Shown piece after piece: positions 12,945 through 26,100 of a stretch of 64,000 nucleotides of DNA (its first letter is position 1; every line of letters begins with the position of its first letter). The position numbers and the translations under genes are program-made. The notes below the pieces were generated by a model. It made no database searches. It was given only the letters and a program-made list of their open reading frames with translations, and had not been told where the DNA came from. Source of the stretch: Protoeuglena noctilucae (lineage: Eukaryota); NCBI GenBank assembly GCA_958009085.1, contig OY253679.1:868001-932000 (forward strand). Direction: 5' to 3'.

Positions 12945-13053
12945 AAGCACAGCTGGCATCACACAGGGAGTGGTCGTGCTCTCCCGAGATGGACGGACAC
13001 CAGTGCGCCAGGCACCGCTCCCCGCAAGCAGCTTCCTCCGCCCCAAACCCCAC

Positions 13054-13893
13054 CTGGTCCTGGGGCGTGGACAGGTTGATCTGGCTCTGCATCGCTCCCG
13101 TGACGGCGTTCGTCTGCACGTCCAGCGACTCGAAGATCTTCTCGAACTGCTCCATGTTCATCTGGATGCGCTCCAGCGGGGTCGCAGCCAGCGCCTTGGA
13201 CAGCGTCCCCACCACCTGCGGTCCAGGGGGGTCCACGAAATGACGGTCGGCCGACGGGAGGGTCCAACCTCCACGCAGCTGTCGGCGCGCTCCCCAAGCC
13301 GAGCCTCGCCTGCATCATGTTCTTGTTCACGATGTTCATCTTGGCCTGGCGCTCCATCATGCCCGCCACGGCGTCGATCTGGGACCCCAGGCGCATGTAA
13401 TTCAGCTGCTCCTGCTTCTTCTGAATGCATTCCTGCGACGCGACGTGTCTCAAAGCTCCGTCAGCCCTCCGGCTTCCCAGCGGGCCCCGGCAGAGCACAT
13501 TCACGGCACGTGGGGGTGCCTGCGTGCGCGAACCCGCCCCACCTGCCCGTAGATGCGCGCCCCCTCCAAGTTGCCCTTCTCAATGGCCTTCTTAATTTTC
13601 ATTCGCGCCGCCTCCATGTCCTTCTCGCACTGCGGGCGGTAGAGCACGGTGGGCGGGCCTCATCTCCTGCCCCAGCGGGGCCCATGCTTCGCGGAGTCAT
13701 CTGCAAAAACCCAGACTCCACGCAAACCTGTCGTCGCCCGCGCGAGGCGCAGGGAGGGAGGGCGGGGAGGACTGCGAAGGACACTGCGCCGCCCTGCGCG
13801 CACCTTCGTGGCCTGCCGGGCCATCTGCTTCCCCAGGAACTTTAGATTGAAGATCTGGTCCAGCATCTGGTCGTCCTTTCGGGACCCGAACAT
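13054..13893 (-). CDS. CHMP1: ESCRT-III-associated CHMP1/VPS46/DID2 (3' end in gap)
   Basis: MFGSRKDDQMLDQIFNLKFLGKQMARQATK|CEKD...KIKKAIEKGNLEGARIYGQ|ECIQKKQEQLNYMRLGSQIDAV...MEQFEKIFESLDVQT...STPQDQV. Confidence 0.9.
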
Positions 13894-14194
13894 CGCGAAG
13901 CCCCGCTCTGACCGTGCCCCGTGTGAGGGCGCTCCCAACCTCCTGAGACGGCCCAGGGAGGAACTGCCGGCACAGCGCGGACTCTACGAAGCAAAAGAAG
14001 CCTCCCGTCTCAAAGGCGCGACGAGAGCGGGCGAGCTCACTGTGCCGGGGGTGGACTGCGAGGGGCTCGGTCTGCTCGCGGCGCTCGAATGACCTGCGTC
14101 GAGAGTATCGTTCTTCCTCGACCCCGGCGTCGCTGGCTTTCTCTTGACACCCGCGGCCCGTCCAGCATCGGGAAAACCGCGAGTCTGGCGTCAG

Positions 14195-14280
14195 TAGGAT
14201 CATCCCCGTGATACCCAGGAATCGTGGGGATCATCCCGCTGATCCCGGGGTATCAGAGGGATCATCCCAGTGATCCCACT
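14195..14280. repeat. Left subterminal repeat array of the transposon
   Basis: GGATCATCCCCGTGAT, GGGATCATCCCGCTGATCCC and GGGATCATCCCAGTGATCCC. Confidence 0.85.
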
Positions 14281-15542
14281 GACGACACAGACTGTAATGT
14301 AAACCCTCATTGAGCCCAGTGATTCCAGCCGCGCGCCCGATCTCCCTGGGGAGGCCGTTTTACGCGGCGCGGTTACGGCCACGGCGCACCCGGGATGCGA
14401 GAGGCCGCTGGGAGCAGTTTCGCGGCATTTCGTCGTGGTCGGGGATCGCGGGGAGCGGGGCCCACTCGGGAGCGCAGCGGCGCCGGAAGCGTTAGCCGAG
14501 GCTATCCCGCCGCCTATCTTCCTTCTCGGCCGCGATCAGACCTATCTTGATCGCGATCGGACGCATCTTTTGGGCACGCGCGCTCCGGGGCCCGCGCGGC
14601 CCGGGGGGCTCCGTTCGGCCCGTAATCGCTCCCTAGCGTAGCTATTGGTATTTCAATCCCTACGCCGAGGTTACATGACCATCCGTGACGCTCTAGGCAA
14701 CGCACTCATGCACGCACATGCAGCCGGACTCGGGCGGCCGCAGGCGCGACGGGAGCGCGCAGCGACCACCGCCAGAGGCACCGACCGCTTGTTCCGGACG
14801 CTGCCGCTCCATCGGGGAGCGGCGCTCCGGCACTCGGGCCAGGCACTCGGGAGATGGTGGCGTGCGCGACTCCGCCGTGCCGACGGCCGCCCCAGGAGTC
14901 GATGACCACCGCTGCGGGGCGCCGCGGACGCCAGATGACAGACAAGGGGCATGGGTCGGCGGACGAGCCATGGCGGGCCCGGCCAGCACCCGACCAGCGC
15001 CGGAACTTGGGACGGGGTGGCACGTGCGCCTGCGTGCTTGTTAGGCGAAGTTAGAGTCAGTCTCGGGGTGAGAGAGTGCAGGCACGGTGCCAGGTACAGT
15101 AAGCAAGTACAGAGATACCACGCTGGCGGACCAGCCCTTCGTCCCTCCCAGCCAACCAACCCCCCCTTGCACACCTGACCGTGTCGCAGACCCCACCGGT
15201 AGCGCAGCAGACCAACCGCGCACCTCGGGGACAGCGACAATGTCCGACCTGATCTAGTCATGCGTATGCTGCATCTCACCTCACGGGAGCTGGCCCCTCC
15301 CCTCCCCAGCCACGTCAGCACACCTCGCAGATGGCTCAGCAGCAGGCTGCACTCTCACCCTAGAGAGGGACGATGATCCAGCGCTGTTCGCACCAGCAGC
15401 GCCGAGCCTCGCCTGTGCGCGGTGCTGTCGCTGCAGCCCTGCAATCCACCCCCGCTTGCCTGGAGGACTGACGACCCCTGAGCCTGCCTGACCCACAGAG
15501 CGCGCGCTGGACTTTCCTCACCTCCGCTTCCACGCCCTCACC

Positions 15543-18500
15543 ATGCCCGCCTTGAACCCTGCATCGCAACCTGCGCTGCAGCTCACCATGCTCGAATGCG
15601 ACGCGTGTGGAACGCAATTCGATACCCCGGCCAAGCTCGCCCGGCATCAGCAAAGATGCCCTGCGCTGTGGGGCTGGAGATATGGCGAGGAGAGCCGCCA
15701 GGAAGCACCCCGCCCCGCCGCCCCACACGAACACTATGTCTCTCCGTCTCTGCGAGGCTCGGACGGGCTGGCACGCGACAGCGCCAGCGCGGGACCAGAC
15801 CAAGAACTGCGGGAGGAAGACGGGACGGCGGACGTTGCTGCGGGCAGTGATGGCGAGAGCGAAGATGTAGGACTCGCGTGGCTCCACTACGCCGACACGG
15901 ACGTGGACATGGACGTGGACATTGACTCGGAGAGGGGTGAACCGCCCGAGAGCGCCGGAGCGCATGATGCGCCCCAAGAGGACGCTCCTGGAGTCTCCTA
16001 CCTTCCTGCGCCCGGGGAGTACGAACCGCTGAAGCTGCCGGAGGACCTGGAGGCATGGCGGGCCAGGAGCAGGGACAGTGACGATGAGTACCTGAGCCAA
16101 CTTGAAGCAGGGGCGCAGTTCATGGCATCGCTGACGGCAGCGCATTTCGATTGCTTCGTGAAGCTGCGCCCCGACATCCGCGACGACCTTCTCGACCTCG
16201 GGCGCTCCCACCGCACGTTCCACACCTCACTCAACAGCATCCATGGCCAGTACGAGGTGCGTCACGCCGCGGTGCCGCTTGTGTCGAGGGCCTCGGACGC
16301 GGCCGAGGGGGCTGACGCCAACCAGTGCACGCACGGCCTGCAGGTTTTGCAAGAGGAGGGCAGCACAACCATCATCTACCAAACGATAACGGTGCTGAGG
16401 GACATGCTGGTGCACGCGGAGCAGATCAAGCCCAAGACGCTCGTTAAGTTGATGCGAGACTTCAGCGAGGCACGGGAACGGTCACGCCAGGCGCGGGCGA
16501 GACCACATGAGACGCATCCCAGCATCCACGAGAAGCTCACCTTCTCCCGGGCGAAGGGGTATAGCGACATAGCCGAGGCTGTCGCTGGCAAAGTCCGCCC
16601 CGAGCTGCACGCCCGGCTGCTCCTCGTGCCCGTCGCGTACAGCATCGACGGGGTGGAGATGACCAAGGGCGCATCGACGACGCCCATCCACATGCACCTC
16701 CTGTCGCCTTGCAAGGCCGTGAGGACAGGGACGCCGCGAACCGTGGCCACCGTCGAGTCCATGAAGGCGAGAGGAGGATTGCCGGCGTTGCAGCCCACAC
16801 GTCCACCACCACGCCGCGTGTATGAGTTGTCGCTCGAGGCCCCCGCAGGTGTCCGGGATCACTCCGGGGTCACAGGCAGACCTGAACAACAGAGAGGTCA
16901 TCCAGCGGCGGCTGGCTGCCGTGGACCGGCAGCTGATTGGCGTGGCGAGGTCCGGTGGGGTGTGGATGACCCTCCCCGACGTCGGGAGAGTCATCGTCTT
17001 TCCCGTCTTGGCGGCGCAGCTGAACGACATGATGGCCAACTCGTCCACGCTGGCCGTCAGGTCGTGCCCGCTGTGCCTCCAGGATGACTGCCGCACGCCT
17101 CGCACCGTCGCGCTGCATCGCCTCCAGGTGCAGCACATCCTGTGCTTGAGGAGGGACGTGGGGACGGCCAGGGCAAACGAACAAGCCAGGGAGAGCAAAA
17201 TTCATCCTGTGGTTCCTGCCCTGTCGTACTGGGACGAGTTCGGGTCGGACTTGTATCAGGGCCAAGCACCTGACCCCATGCACACCGTGGAACTGGGAAT
17301 GTTGGGCAAGACTGTTCCCTTCTGCATACTGACCGTCCTCTACAACAACGCGGCAGCGGGAGAGTCTGCGACAAAGGCAAACGCCCTCTTGGCTGCGTTC
17401 GCATCGATCATTGCGGATGCCAAGGTGAGCTGCAGGTCAGGCAATGGCGTGCGTTGCCTGCAGTGGCGCCGCAGCTGCTCGGTATTCACCTGGCATGTCC
17501 ATCGTCGTGTGGGTGGAGCGCAGGCCCCGGCATGGATCCACGCCCGTCCGTGGGGCGAGACCTTCCAGATCGTGCTGAGCCTCGTGGACCCGTTTGGGAA
17601 GATAAAGGCGTACGAGGCGAGGTTCTTGATCCAAGCTCTGCCTTTCGCCCTCGTCGAGCTCTTCTCTCGAGGCGAGGCCGACAGTCAGCGCTGCGAGGGC
17701 ATCGGGAGGAGCTGCGGGTATCGCGATGCGGGCCGGGGAACCCCGGGAGTGTTTCCCCACCACCACATCCCTTGCAGAGCCTACGGGCAGCAAAGACGTG
17801 CACGACGAGAGGGTTGGGCTCGTGGCCGTAGCCCTGGCATGCCTTCAGCTCTATGCCGAATGGTCCCTGGAGAGCGCCACCATCGCAGGGGCGCAGGCGG
17901 CGGACGCGCAGCTGAATAAGGTCCTCCACGTGAGGCCTTCTCCAACACCAGCCCCACCGTTCGCTGCCCCTTACTCACTCTGGAAGCCTTGTCGCTGCCG
18001 TGTCGCCGCAGGTCGTGCTCAAGACGCTGCTGCGTGGCCACGAAATCGTCCGCACGGAGAAGCCCCTCTTCAGCAAGATCGAGAACAGCCAGAAGTGCCA
18101 CGCGCTTTCGCATTTCCCTGCAGTGGTGGCGAGGAACGGCTCCATCATGTTGGGCAGCATGAACGACGCCGAGCGCATGCACAAGCCCATTGCCAACGCG
18201 CGCACGAACGGCAAGGGCGACGTGCAGGTACAGGCAAGAAGCGCCGCCCAGCGTAGGCGACGCGGGGAAGCCCACGCAGGACGCGTTTCTTGCGACTCAC
18301 ACGTCTCGATGCGGTCGCACGGCGCTCGACCCGCGTGCCATGCTGAGCCGCGCTGGACTGACCCCCGAGCCCTGTCGCAGGCGAGCACCAGCGTCATCTC
18401 TCAGAGGGCGGCCTCCGTCATCAAGAGCCGGGCGAGGGCGGAGCAGCCGGTCCCGTCCCAGCCCGAGGACCAAGTGAAGGGCGTGAAGACCGTCCTGAAG

Positions 18501-19046
18501 AAGAACGACCTGTGCAGCGAGGGACGCGCGGAAGACTTCGTTTCTAAGGCGGACCTCCTGAACGCCCTCAAGGGCGCGGGGCTTCCCTGCCACGTCTTGG
18601 GCGAGGTCGCGCTGACCTCCACGGTCGAGATCGGGACGGCCAGCGGGGACCGGGCCAGGATCGTCGCCACCGACGAGACCCTGTCCTTCGTCGAGTACCT
18701 CCCGGTCAGGGGCACGCTGCAGACGGGCAGGGTCGTGTGCGGGGTTGAGGCGAAGACCAGCTCCGGTGCCGGGACCTTCCTCTGCGCCCTGGTGGCCCCG
18801 GTGCACAGGGCCCCATGCGACCTGAGGTACCTGTCCAACCAGTGCTTGTCGTTCTACACCAACCTGGGAGCGCTGCAGCCTCCCCAGCTGTCGCTCCTGG
18901 AGCCTGCGGAGGGCGAGGCTCTGAAGTGCGTGCCCCTCCGCAACCTTCGGCGGCAGCTTCACGCCGTGAAAGTTGCTGGGAAGCTTCTTCACTGCGGCCA
19001 CGTGCAGCAGGTCTGGGAGCACCACGCCAGCGGCGGCGAGGAGTAG
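15543..19046 (+). CDS. Plavaka/CMC-type DDE transposase, ~966 aa, 7 exons, N-terminal zinc finger
   Basis: Exons 15543-16256, 16344-16766, 16849-17424, 17524-17671, 17778-17929, 18012-18233 and 18381-19046 splice in frame (2901 nt). Motifs: CDACGTQF..LARHQQRC (zinc finger), YSIDG (D1), QLNDM (D2), CPLC, PDPMHTVELG (DxxH), KCHALSHF..V..NG and DAERMHK (E), plus a C-terminal beta-rich region ending VPLRNLRRQLH. Confidence 0.85.
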
Positions 19047-19590
19047 GTGACCCCAGGAGCTCCCCGATGCTCGCGGTGCCAGGTCCCCGACGCCGGCGAT
19101 GTCATCTGTATCGAGATAATTCTCCGAAGCCAGCCCCGCGCCCCCATCCGCAGCGCCATGACGGCGGGGACGGCTCACCTCCCATGCAGCAGCCACCTCC
19201 GTGCGGCGTAGCCGGCAAAGGCGCCGCAGCTAGCGAGATTTAGGTCACCTCAATCCATAGGCCAAGCGCTGCGTGCCCGATCGCGGCCGCGGCGGCGGTA
19301 GGCCTGGTCGAGCACGGGGACCTCCCCGGCGCCCCCGGGGCCCCGGCGAGCCCGCGAGCTCCCGCTCATCGCATAGATATGGACATCTCACGTTGAACAG
19401 CGGCGGCGCAGGGGAAGCGGACCCCGGATGCGTCGACGGCCCCCGTCTGCATGCTGGAGCAAGCTTTAGGACGCGAGAGGGGCCTCCGAGGCAGTCATTA
19501 GCACCAACTAGCAAATGTGCGGTCTCTCCGCCTCCTCTCGAGCCCCCTGAGCAAACGCGGGGGCGCGCACGCGCGTCAGGGCCGCGGCCC

Positions 19591-19710
19591 GGGATCGCTG
19601 GGATCACTGCGGCAGTGGCGGGGATCGCCGGGATCACGGGGATGATCCCGGCGATTCCCGGGGATCACTGGGATGAATCCAGTGATTCCCGCGATCCTTC
19701 TGATCCGAGT
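19591..19710. repeat. Right subterminal repeat array of the transposon
   Basis: GGGATCACGGGGATGATCCC, GGGATCACTGGGATGAATCC and further GGGATC units, which are reverse complements of the left-end units. Confidence 0.85.
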
Positions 19711-20130
19711 GACGTCAAATCGCCGGGTTTTCCCGATGAAGAGCGGATCCCAGGAAGCCTAGGGCAATCACGTGCCCTCCCCCTGCCAGGGGCGGCCAAC
19801 TCGAGATGAATGGGCCTGCTTCGCGTGCCAGATCCGTCAGAGAAGCGAGTTTAGTCGCGGCGCTCGACGGCCTGGAGCTCTGCGCACCAGCAAACGCGGA
19901 GACCTGCGCGTGCCCTGACGGCCGTGCGTGCGCCGTCTTTGCTCGCGTCCCCCGGCTTTGCTTCGGCAGCCGACTCGCCCGTCGCGATATCCGTACGTTC
20001 GCGCATCGGATAGGTCGGCGTCTCGTCCAGAGGCAGCTTCTCTGCCCCGCGCGCGCCCGCGGCCGCCGCACCTGCGCCCGTCGGGGCGACCCCGCGCGCC
20101 GCGCCCGCCTGCCCGCCGGAGCCGCGCACC

Positions 20131-23100
20131 ATGCGGAAGAAGATCGACTCGCGCATCCGCACGCTGGTGGATAACTGCGTGAAGACCGGCGAGCGGTCCA
20201 TGTTCGTCATTGTCGGGGACAAGGGGCGCGACCAGGTCGTCAACCTGCACTACATGCTCAGGTGCCCGCAGCGAGCGTTGTTACAACTCCGCCTTTATTA
20301 ATTATTCACCCCTGTGCGTGTCGGAGCGACCCGCGCGGCTTTCCGGACGCGCGGCACCTGTTTCCGCGCTCCGCAGCAAGATGCAGGTCAAGGCGCGGCC
20401 GAGCGTGCTGTGGTGCTACAAGAAGGACCTGTACATGTCATCGCACAAGAAGAAACGCATGCGGCAGATCAAGCAGATGGCGCAGCGGGGGCTCCTGGAC
20501 CCCGACCAGGAGGACCCCTTTTCGCTGTTCGTGGCCGCCACGAGCATCCGCTACTGCTTCTACAGCGAGACGCACCGCATTCTGGGCAACACGTTCGGCA
20601 TGTGCGTGCTGCAGGACTTCGAGGCGCTCACGCCCAACCTCCTCGCGAGGACGATCGAGGTGACGAGAGTGGCACAGGGTGGACGAACAGGGTGGCACGG
20701 TTTGGTTGGTTGTTAAGAGCAGCTTCTGTTCTAAGGGTCACTGCCACTCCTTGTGTGTCTCTCTGTTTGGCTCTTGCTGTCATCGCCACTGCACCCTTCT
20801 TATCTGCACCACCACTCACCTCCCACCACACCCACCTCCCCTCAACCCCCCACCACACCCACCTCAAGCCCCTCAACCCACCCACCCCCACCCCAACCCC
20901 CCGCAGACGGTGGAGGGCGGCGGCATGATCGTGCTCCTGCTCTCCACCCTCACCTCCCTGACGCAGCTCTACACGCTGTCGATGGACGTCCACGCCCGCC
21001 TCCGCACCGAGTCTCACCACGACGTCGTGGGCCGCTTCAACGAGCGAATGGTGCTTTCGTTGGCGAGCAACCCCAACTGTATGTTGGTCAACGACGAGCT
21101 CAACCTGCTCCCCACCTCCTCGCTCGTGCGGCACATCGCGCCGGTGCCGCCCGATTTCAAATCGGCATCGGATGATTCGAAAAGGGAGCTGGGGGAGCTG
21201 CACGCGGCGCTGCAGGACACGCAGCCTGCGGGGACGCTCGTGGGGGCGTGCAGGTGAGAGTTGGGTTGGGGTGGGGGTGTGGGTGTGGGTGTGGGGGTGG
21301 GGGTGGGTGTGGGTGGGTGTGGTGGTGTGGGTGTGGGTGGGGGTCCTGGGTAGTGGTGGTGGGTGGAGAGGGGTGCATTCAGGGCACTGCTATGCTTGCG
21401 ACCATCGCCTGCAACCATAGCTTTTCATAGTACTGAAAACCAATTCCCCCCACCCCCAATCATCAGGACGCTCGACCAGGCCCGCGCGGTGGTGACCTTC
21501 CTCGACGCCGCATCTGAGAAGACCCTTCGATCCACCGTGGCACTCACGGCGTCGCGAGGGAGGGGCAAGTCGGCGTCATTGGGGCTGGCGGTGGCGGGGG
21601 CGCTGGCCATGGGGTACGCCAACGTGTTTGTGACGGCGCCAAGCCCGGAGAACGTGCGCACGCTGGTGAGGGTACTGGTGGGGGAGAGGGGTGTCGGAGT
21701 AGAGGGAAGGTGCGGACGCTGGTGAGGGTATTTTTGGAGAGATCAGGGCGTGGTGTGTGGTGGAGTTCGAATATGTACGTTACAGGTAGTGTCACTTTTG
21801 ATTCATGTTCATTGCATCACAACACCACCTATCACACATCACACATCACCTGTCATACACCACACCCCCACCCTCGCCCTCTTCCCCTCCCCCCCCTCCC
21901 CCAGTTCGAGTTCGTCTTCAAGGGCCTGGACTCCCTGGGCTACAAAGAGCACCTCGACTACGAGCTGGTCGAGGCCACTATGCCGGACAACAGCAAGTGC
22001 GTGGTGCGCGCCAACGTCTTCCGCGACCACCGGCAGACGGTGCAGTTCGTGGACCCCCAGCACAGTGAGAGGCTCAGTCAGGCGGAGCTGCTGGTCATCG
22101 ATGAGGCGGCCGCCATTCCGCTGCCGGTGGTCAAGAGGCTGCTGGGGCCCTACCTGGTGTTCTTCGCCTCCACGGGTGAGCTGATTATCTGCATATATGT
22201 ACTGTGATTACAGCTGTTATTTACTGTGTTGGTGACACGCCTGGTGTTCTTCGCATCCACGGGTAAGGAGGCATGGCTGTGTAATTGGATGTGTGAATGG
22301 ATGGGCGTTGAGGAGCATGTGAGCGGGTGGGCCACCGCCCCCCACCTAACCGTCCCCACCCCACCCCTTCCCCACCCCCACTCACCCACCCCCCACTCTC
22401 CCCCACAGTCAACGGCTACGAGGGCACCGGCCGCTCCCTCTCCCTCAAACTCATCAGCCAACTGCGCGACCAATACAACGCCTCCCTCACTGCCACCACC
22501 ACTGCTACCGCCACCGCCACCCCCACCCGCACCTTCCGGGAGGTCAAGCTATCGACTCCCATCCGATACGCCCCGGGGGACCGGATCGAGTCCTGGCTGC
22601 ACGAGCTTTTGTGCCTCGACGCCGCCGACCGCGTTCCGCCCCTCCCAAAGGCGCTCCCCCACCCCAGCGACTGCGAGCTGTACTACGTGCAACGAGACAC
22701 GCTGTTCTCCTACCACCGAGCGTCCGAGGCCTTTCTGCAATCGGTCATGGCTCTGTATGTGGCCAGCCACTACAAGAACACGCCCAACGATTTGTTGTTG
22801 CTGGCAGACGCGCCCGCTCACCACCTTTTCGTGCTGCTGGGGCCGGTCGATGAGGCCAGCAACGCGCTGCCGGACGTGCTGTGCGTGGTGCAGGTGGGAT
22901 GGGATGAATGAGCAGGGGTGGGGTGTTTGTGTGCGATATGCAATGTGACGAGTCTTGTGCCATGCGCACTGCACTGCGATGTTTTGGGTTCGATCACATG
23001 AATCGCTCATCATCATCGTAAATGTTATCATCTGCAGGTGGCATTGGAGGGGGCGATATCGAGAAAGGCAGCAGCCGCGTCGCTGGCGGGGGGGAACATG

Positions 23101-26100
23101 CCGCAGGTGAGGGAGTTTGATAAAGATGGGAATCGGTGATGTTGGTATGGATGTTGACATTGTTACTAATATAATATAATATAATATAATATAATATAAT
23201 ATAATATAATATAATATAATATAATATAATATAATATATAATATAACATCAACCCTTCTTATCCCCCCATCTATTCTCAGGGCGACTTGATCCCCTGGAC
23301 CGTGGGGCAGCAGTTCCAGGACCCTGACTTCCCGGGCCTCTCTGGCGCCAGGATCGTGCGCATCGCCACCCACCCGGAGCTGACCCGGTCGGGGTACGGC
23401 TCGCGGGCCGTGGCGCAGCTGGCCGAGTACTTTCAGGGACACATGCAAGGGCTGGGGGAGGAGGAGGGGGATGAGGGGGAGGGGGATGGGGAGGTGAGGG
23501 GGGTGGTTTGGTTGTTGTGTGGGGGGGTGCTGTTGGGGGTGGCAGTGAGGGTGGCAGTGGGGGTGGAGAGGTGAGGTGGGTTTGTTGACTGGGGCAGATG
23601 CGGGGGCTGGGGGAGGAGGAGGGAGATGAGGAGGGGGATGAGGGGAGGTGAGGGGGGGTTGTTGTTGTTAGGGGTGGCGGTAAGGGTAGCAGTGGGGGTA
23701 GCAGTGGGGGTGGTAGTGAGGGTGGCAGTGGGGGTGGCAGTGAGATGTAAGGAAGCAATAACATTGACATTTGAGTGTAAACAGTCTTTTCTCTGTTATC
23801 ACCTCACAGGGATCCAAGGGCAGCGGGGCGAAGGCCAAGAGCGGTGGGAAAGCGAAGGGGAGCGGTGACAAGAGCGGGTCTAAGGATAAGGGCAGGAGTG
23901 GGGATAAGGATAAGGATAAGGATAAGGATAAGGATAAGGATAAGGATAAGGATAAGGAGTCGAGGCTTCTGACGGAGCAGATCCAGCCCAGGCAGGGGCT
24001 GCCGCCCCTGCTGACGCACCTGGCCGACAGGCGAGGATTACATGTGGGGGTGTGTATTGATGTGTGGTACTGAATCATGTCACGTCATGTAATTGTAACT
24101 GGTCATTTCAAGTGATTGTTACAATGATAATGGTGCTGCTTACGGCGCATTGAGACCCAAGCTACCCCACTGCCACCCTCCCTGCCACCCTCACCCCCAC
24201 CTTCACACCCCCACCCCACCCCACTTCCCCCCCAGGGCCCCCGAGCCCCTGCACTACGTGGGCACCTCCTTCGGCCTGACTCAGGACCTGTACGGTTTCT
24301 GGCGCAAGAACGACTACCTGCCAGTGTACCTGCGCCAGACGCCCAGCGACGTTACGGGGGAGCACACCGTCATCATGCTGCGCCCGCTGCAGGCAGACGA
24401 GGCGAGCGGGATGGGAATACTGTAGTTTTATGGTTATATTTAATAAGCAAAACTATGATATAACATTATATTTATCAGAAATTATACTTTGTTTATTATC
24501 AAAATGATACATATTATAATATTTTCTGTTATTATTTCCACTCACCCTCACACATCCTCTCCCCCAAACCGCAGATCCAGGACGCCTCGTGGGTCCATTC
24601 CTTCGTCTCGGATTTCCGCCGCCGATTCGTGTCGCTCCTGGGCGGCCCCTTCCGGTCCTTCTCGCCCGCCATGGCGCTCACCTTGCTCGACCCCAAGATC
24701 ACATTCGCGGAGAGGGAAGCCTCGGTGCATGGCAGCGGGGGTGGCGGTGGGGGTGGTGATAGGGGTGGCAGTGGGGGTGGTGACAAGGGTGGCGATAAGG
24801 GTGGCAGTGGGGGTAACAGTAACAGTAACGGTAATGTTAAAAGCATCGATGGTAATGCGGATGTCCCGAGGGTGGTGAGGGCGGACGGGGAGGTGGTGGA
24901 CGCGTATGACATCAAAAGGCTTCAAGCATATGCCAACTCGCTGGTCGACTACCACATGGTCATGGACCTCGTGCCCGCGGTGAGAATGATATTTATGATA
25001 AGTTATTAAGTTATTTTACATGATACTTCATTCTCCATGAGTTGCATGTGACACAACTAGCACAGGGGAACAAGTGGCATGCGGTATCACCGACATCGAC
25101 TAGTATTAGTAAATAGTACTAGTAAGTACGAGTCAGTATCATTAACTATTGCCGACATACCTCTCCCCTTCCGCAGCTGGCCAAGGCCTACTTCGCCCGT
25201 CAGATCCCCGTCACTCTCTCTTACGGCCAGGCTGCCATCCTGCTGTGTTTGGGACTGCAGATGGCGGACGTTTCAACGGTGGAGAGGGCGCTGTCGCTGC
25301 CGGCCAACCAGATTCTGGCGCTGTTCAACAAGGTGAGGGGGTGGTGGTGAATGGAAGATTGTGCTTCTATTCATGTCACATGGTATCTCATCTCCCCATC
25401 ACTCCCAGACCATCCGCCGCCTGTACCAGCACCTGCGTGCGTCCAAGGAGGCCGCGGTGGAGAGGTCATTGCCCGCCAGGCACAGCCATGCCCCGGAGAT
25501 GGGGGGGCCGATGGGGGACTTGGATGCCGAATTGGACGAGGGGGCCAAGGTGAGGGGATACGGGGAGTGAACTTGATCTTACAGTCTAAAATGTCGTAAA
25601 TGCACTGTTTGTGGTGTGTCGATGGCAAGGGGACCCAAGGGGACCCTGCTCTGTAGTACTACGCTTGCACTCACCCGCCGACTGTAACAGAACCCCGACC
25701 ATAGTTACGATCATTCGGCACGGCTGTCATCATTGGTTATAATTATCGTCATCACTATGTCAACCCCCACCATGCTTTGCTCCCCATCTCAGGCGGTTCG
25801 CGACGCCATGGCGTCCCAGCTGGACCCAGCTCTGCTGCAGCAGTATGCCATTCGGGGTGACGACGACGATTTGGCAGAGGCGGTGGGGGGGGCGTCGCTG
25901 GTGGCGGGCAAGGTGGTGTCGGTGAAAAGCATGGGGCGGGAGGGGGAGGGGGAGGGGGCGGCCATGCTGTACCAGGCGAGATGGGGTGTGGGGTAGGGGT
26001 GTGGAGTGTGATGTGTGTGAAGTGGGACGATGTGTTGGCGATGCTGTACCAGGCGAGTTGGGGTAGGGTACAGTGGGATTTGAAATGTGCTATGCGGAGT

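Larger units (their letters stand above)
14157..19747 (+). mobile_element. Plavaka/CACTA(EnSpm)-like DNA transposon, ~5.6 kb; exact termini uncertain
   Basis: Inverted terminal core CATCGGGAAAACC (14166-14178) and GGTTTTCCCGATG (19726-19738), with imperfect extension to about 45 bp. Subterminal GGGATCA/TGATCCC arrays at both ends. Internal transposase. No clean TSD found. Confidence 0.85.

Noticed and set aside
14195..14280. Short palindromic repeats resembling a CRISPR array
   Set aside because: No regular unique spacers and no cas genes in a eukaryotic context. The array is mirrored at 19591-19710, so these are transposon subterminal repeats.
14300..15540. Possible cargo gene (e.g. Fanzor/TnpB or a second ORF) inside the transposon
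   Set aside because: No RuvC or other recognisable motif in any frame. It is more likely promoter/5' UTR; the small hairpin at 14531-14555 is not diagnostic.
22894..25790. Intronic snoRNA/tRNA in NAT10 introns
   Set aside because: No convincing C/D or H/ACA box pairs or cloverleaf by eye. An Infernal scan would be needed.
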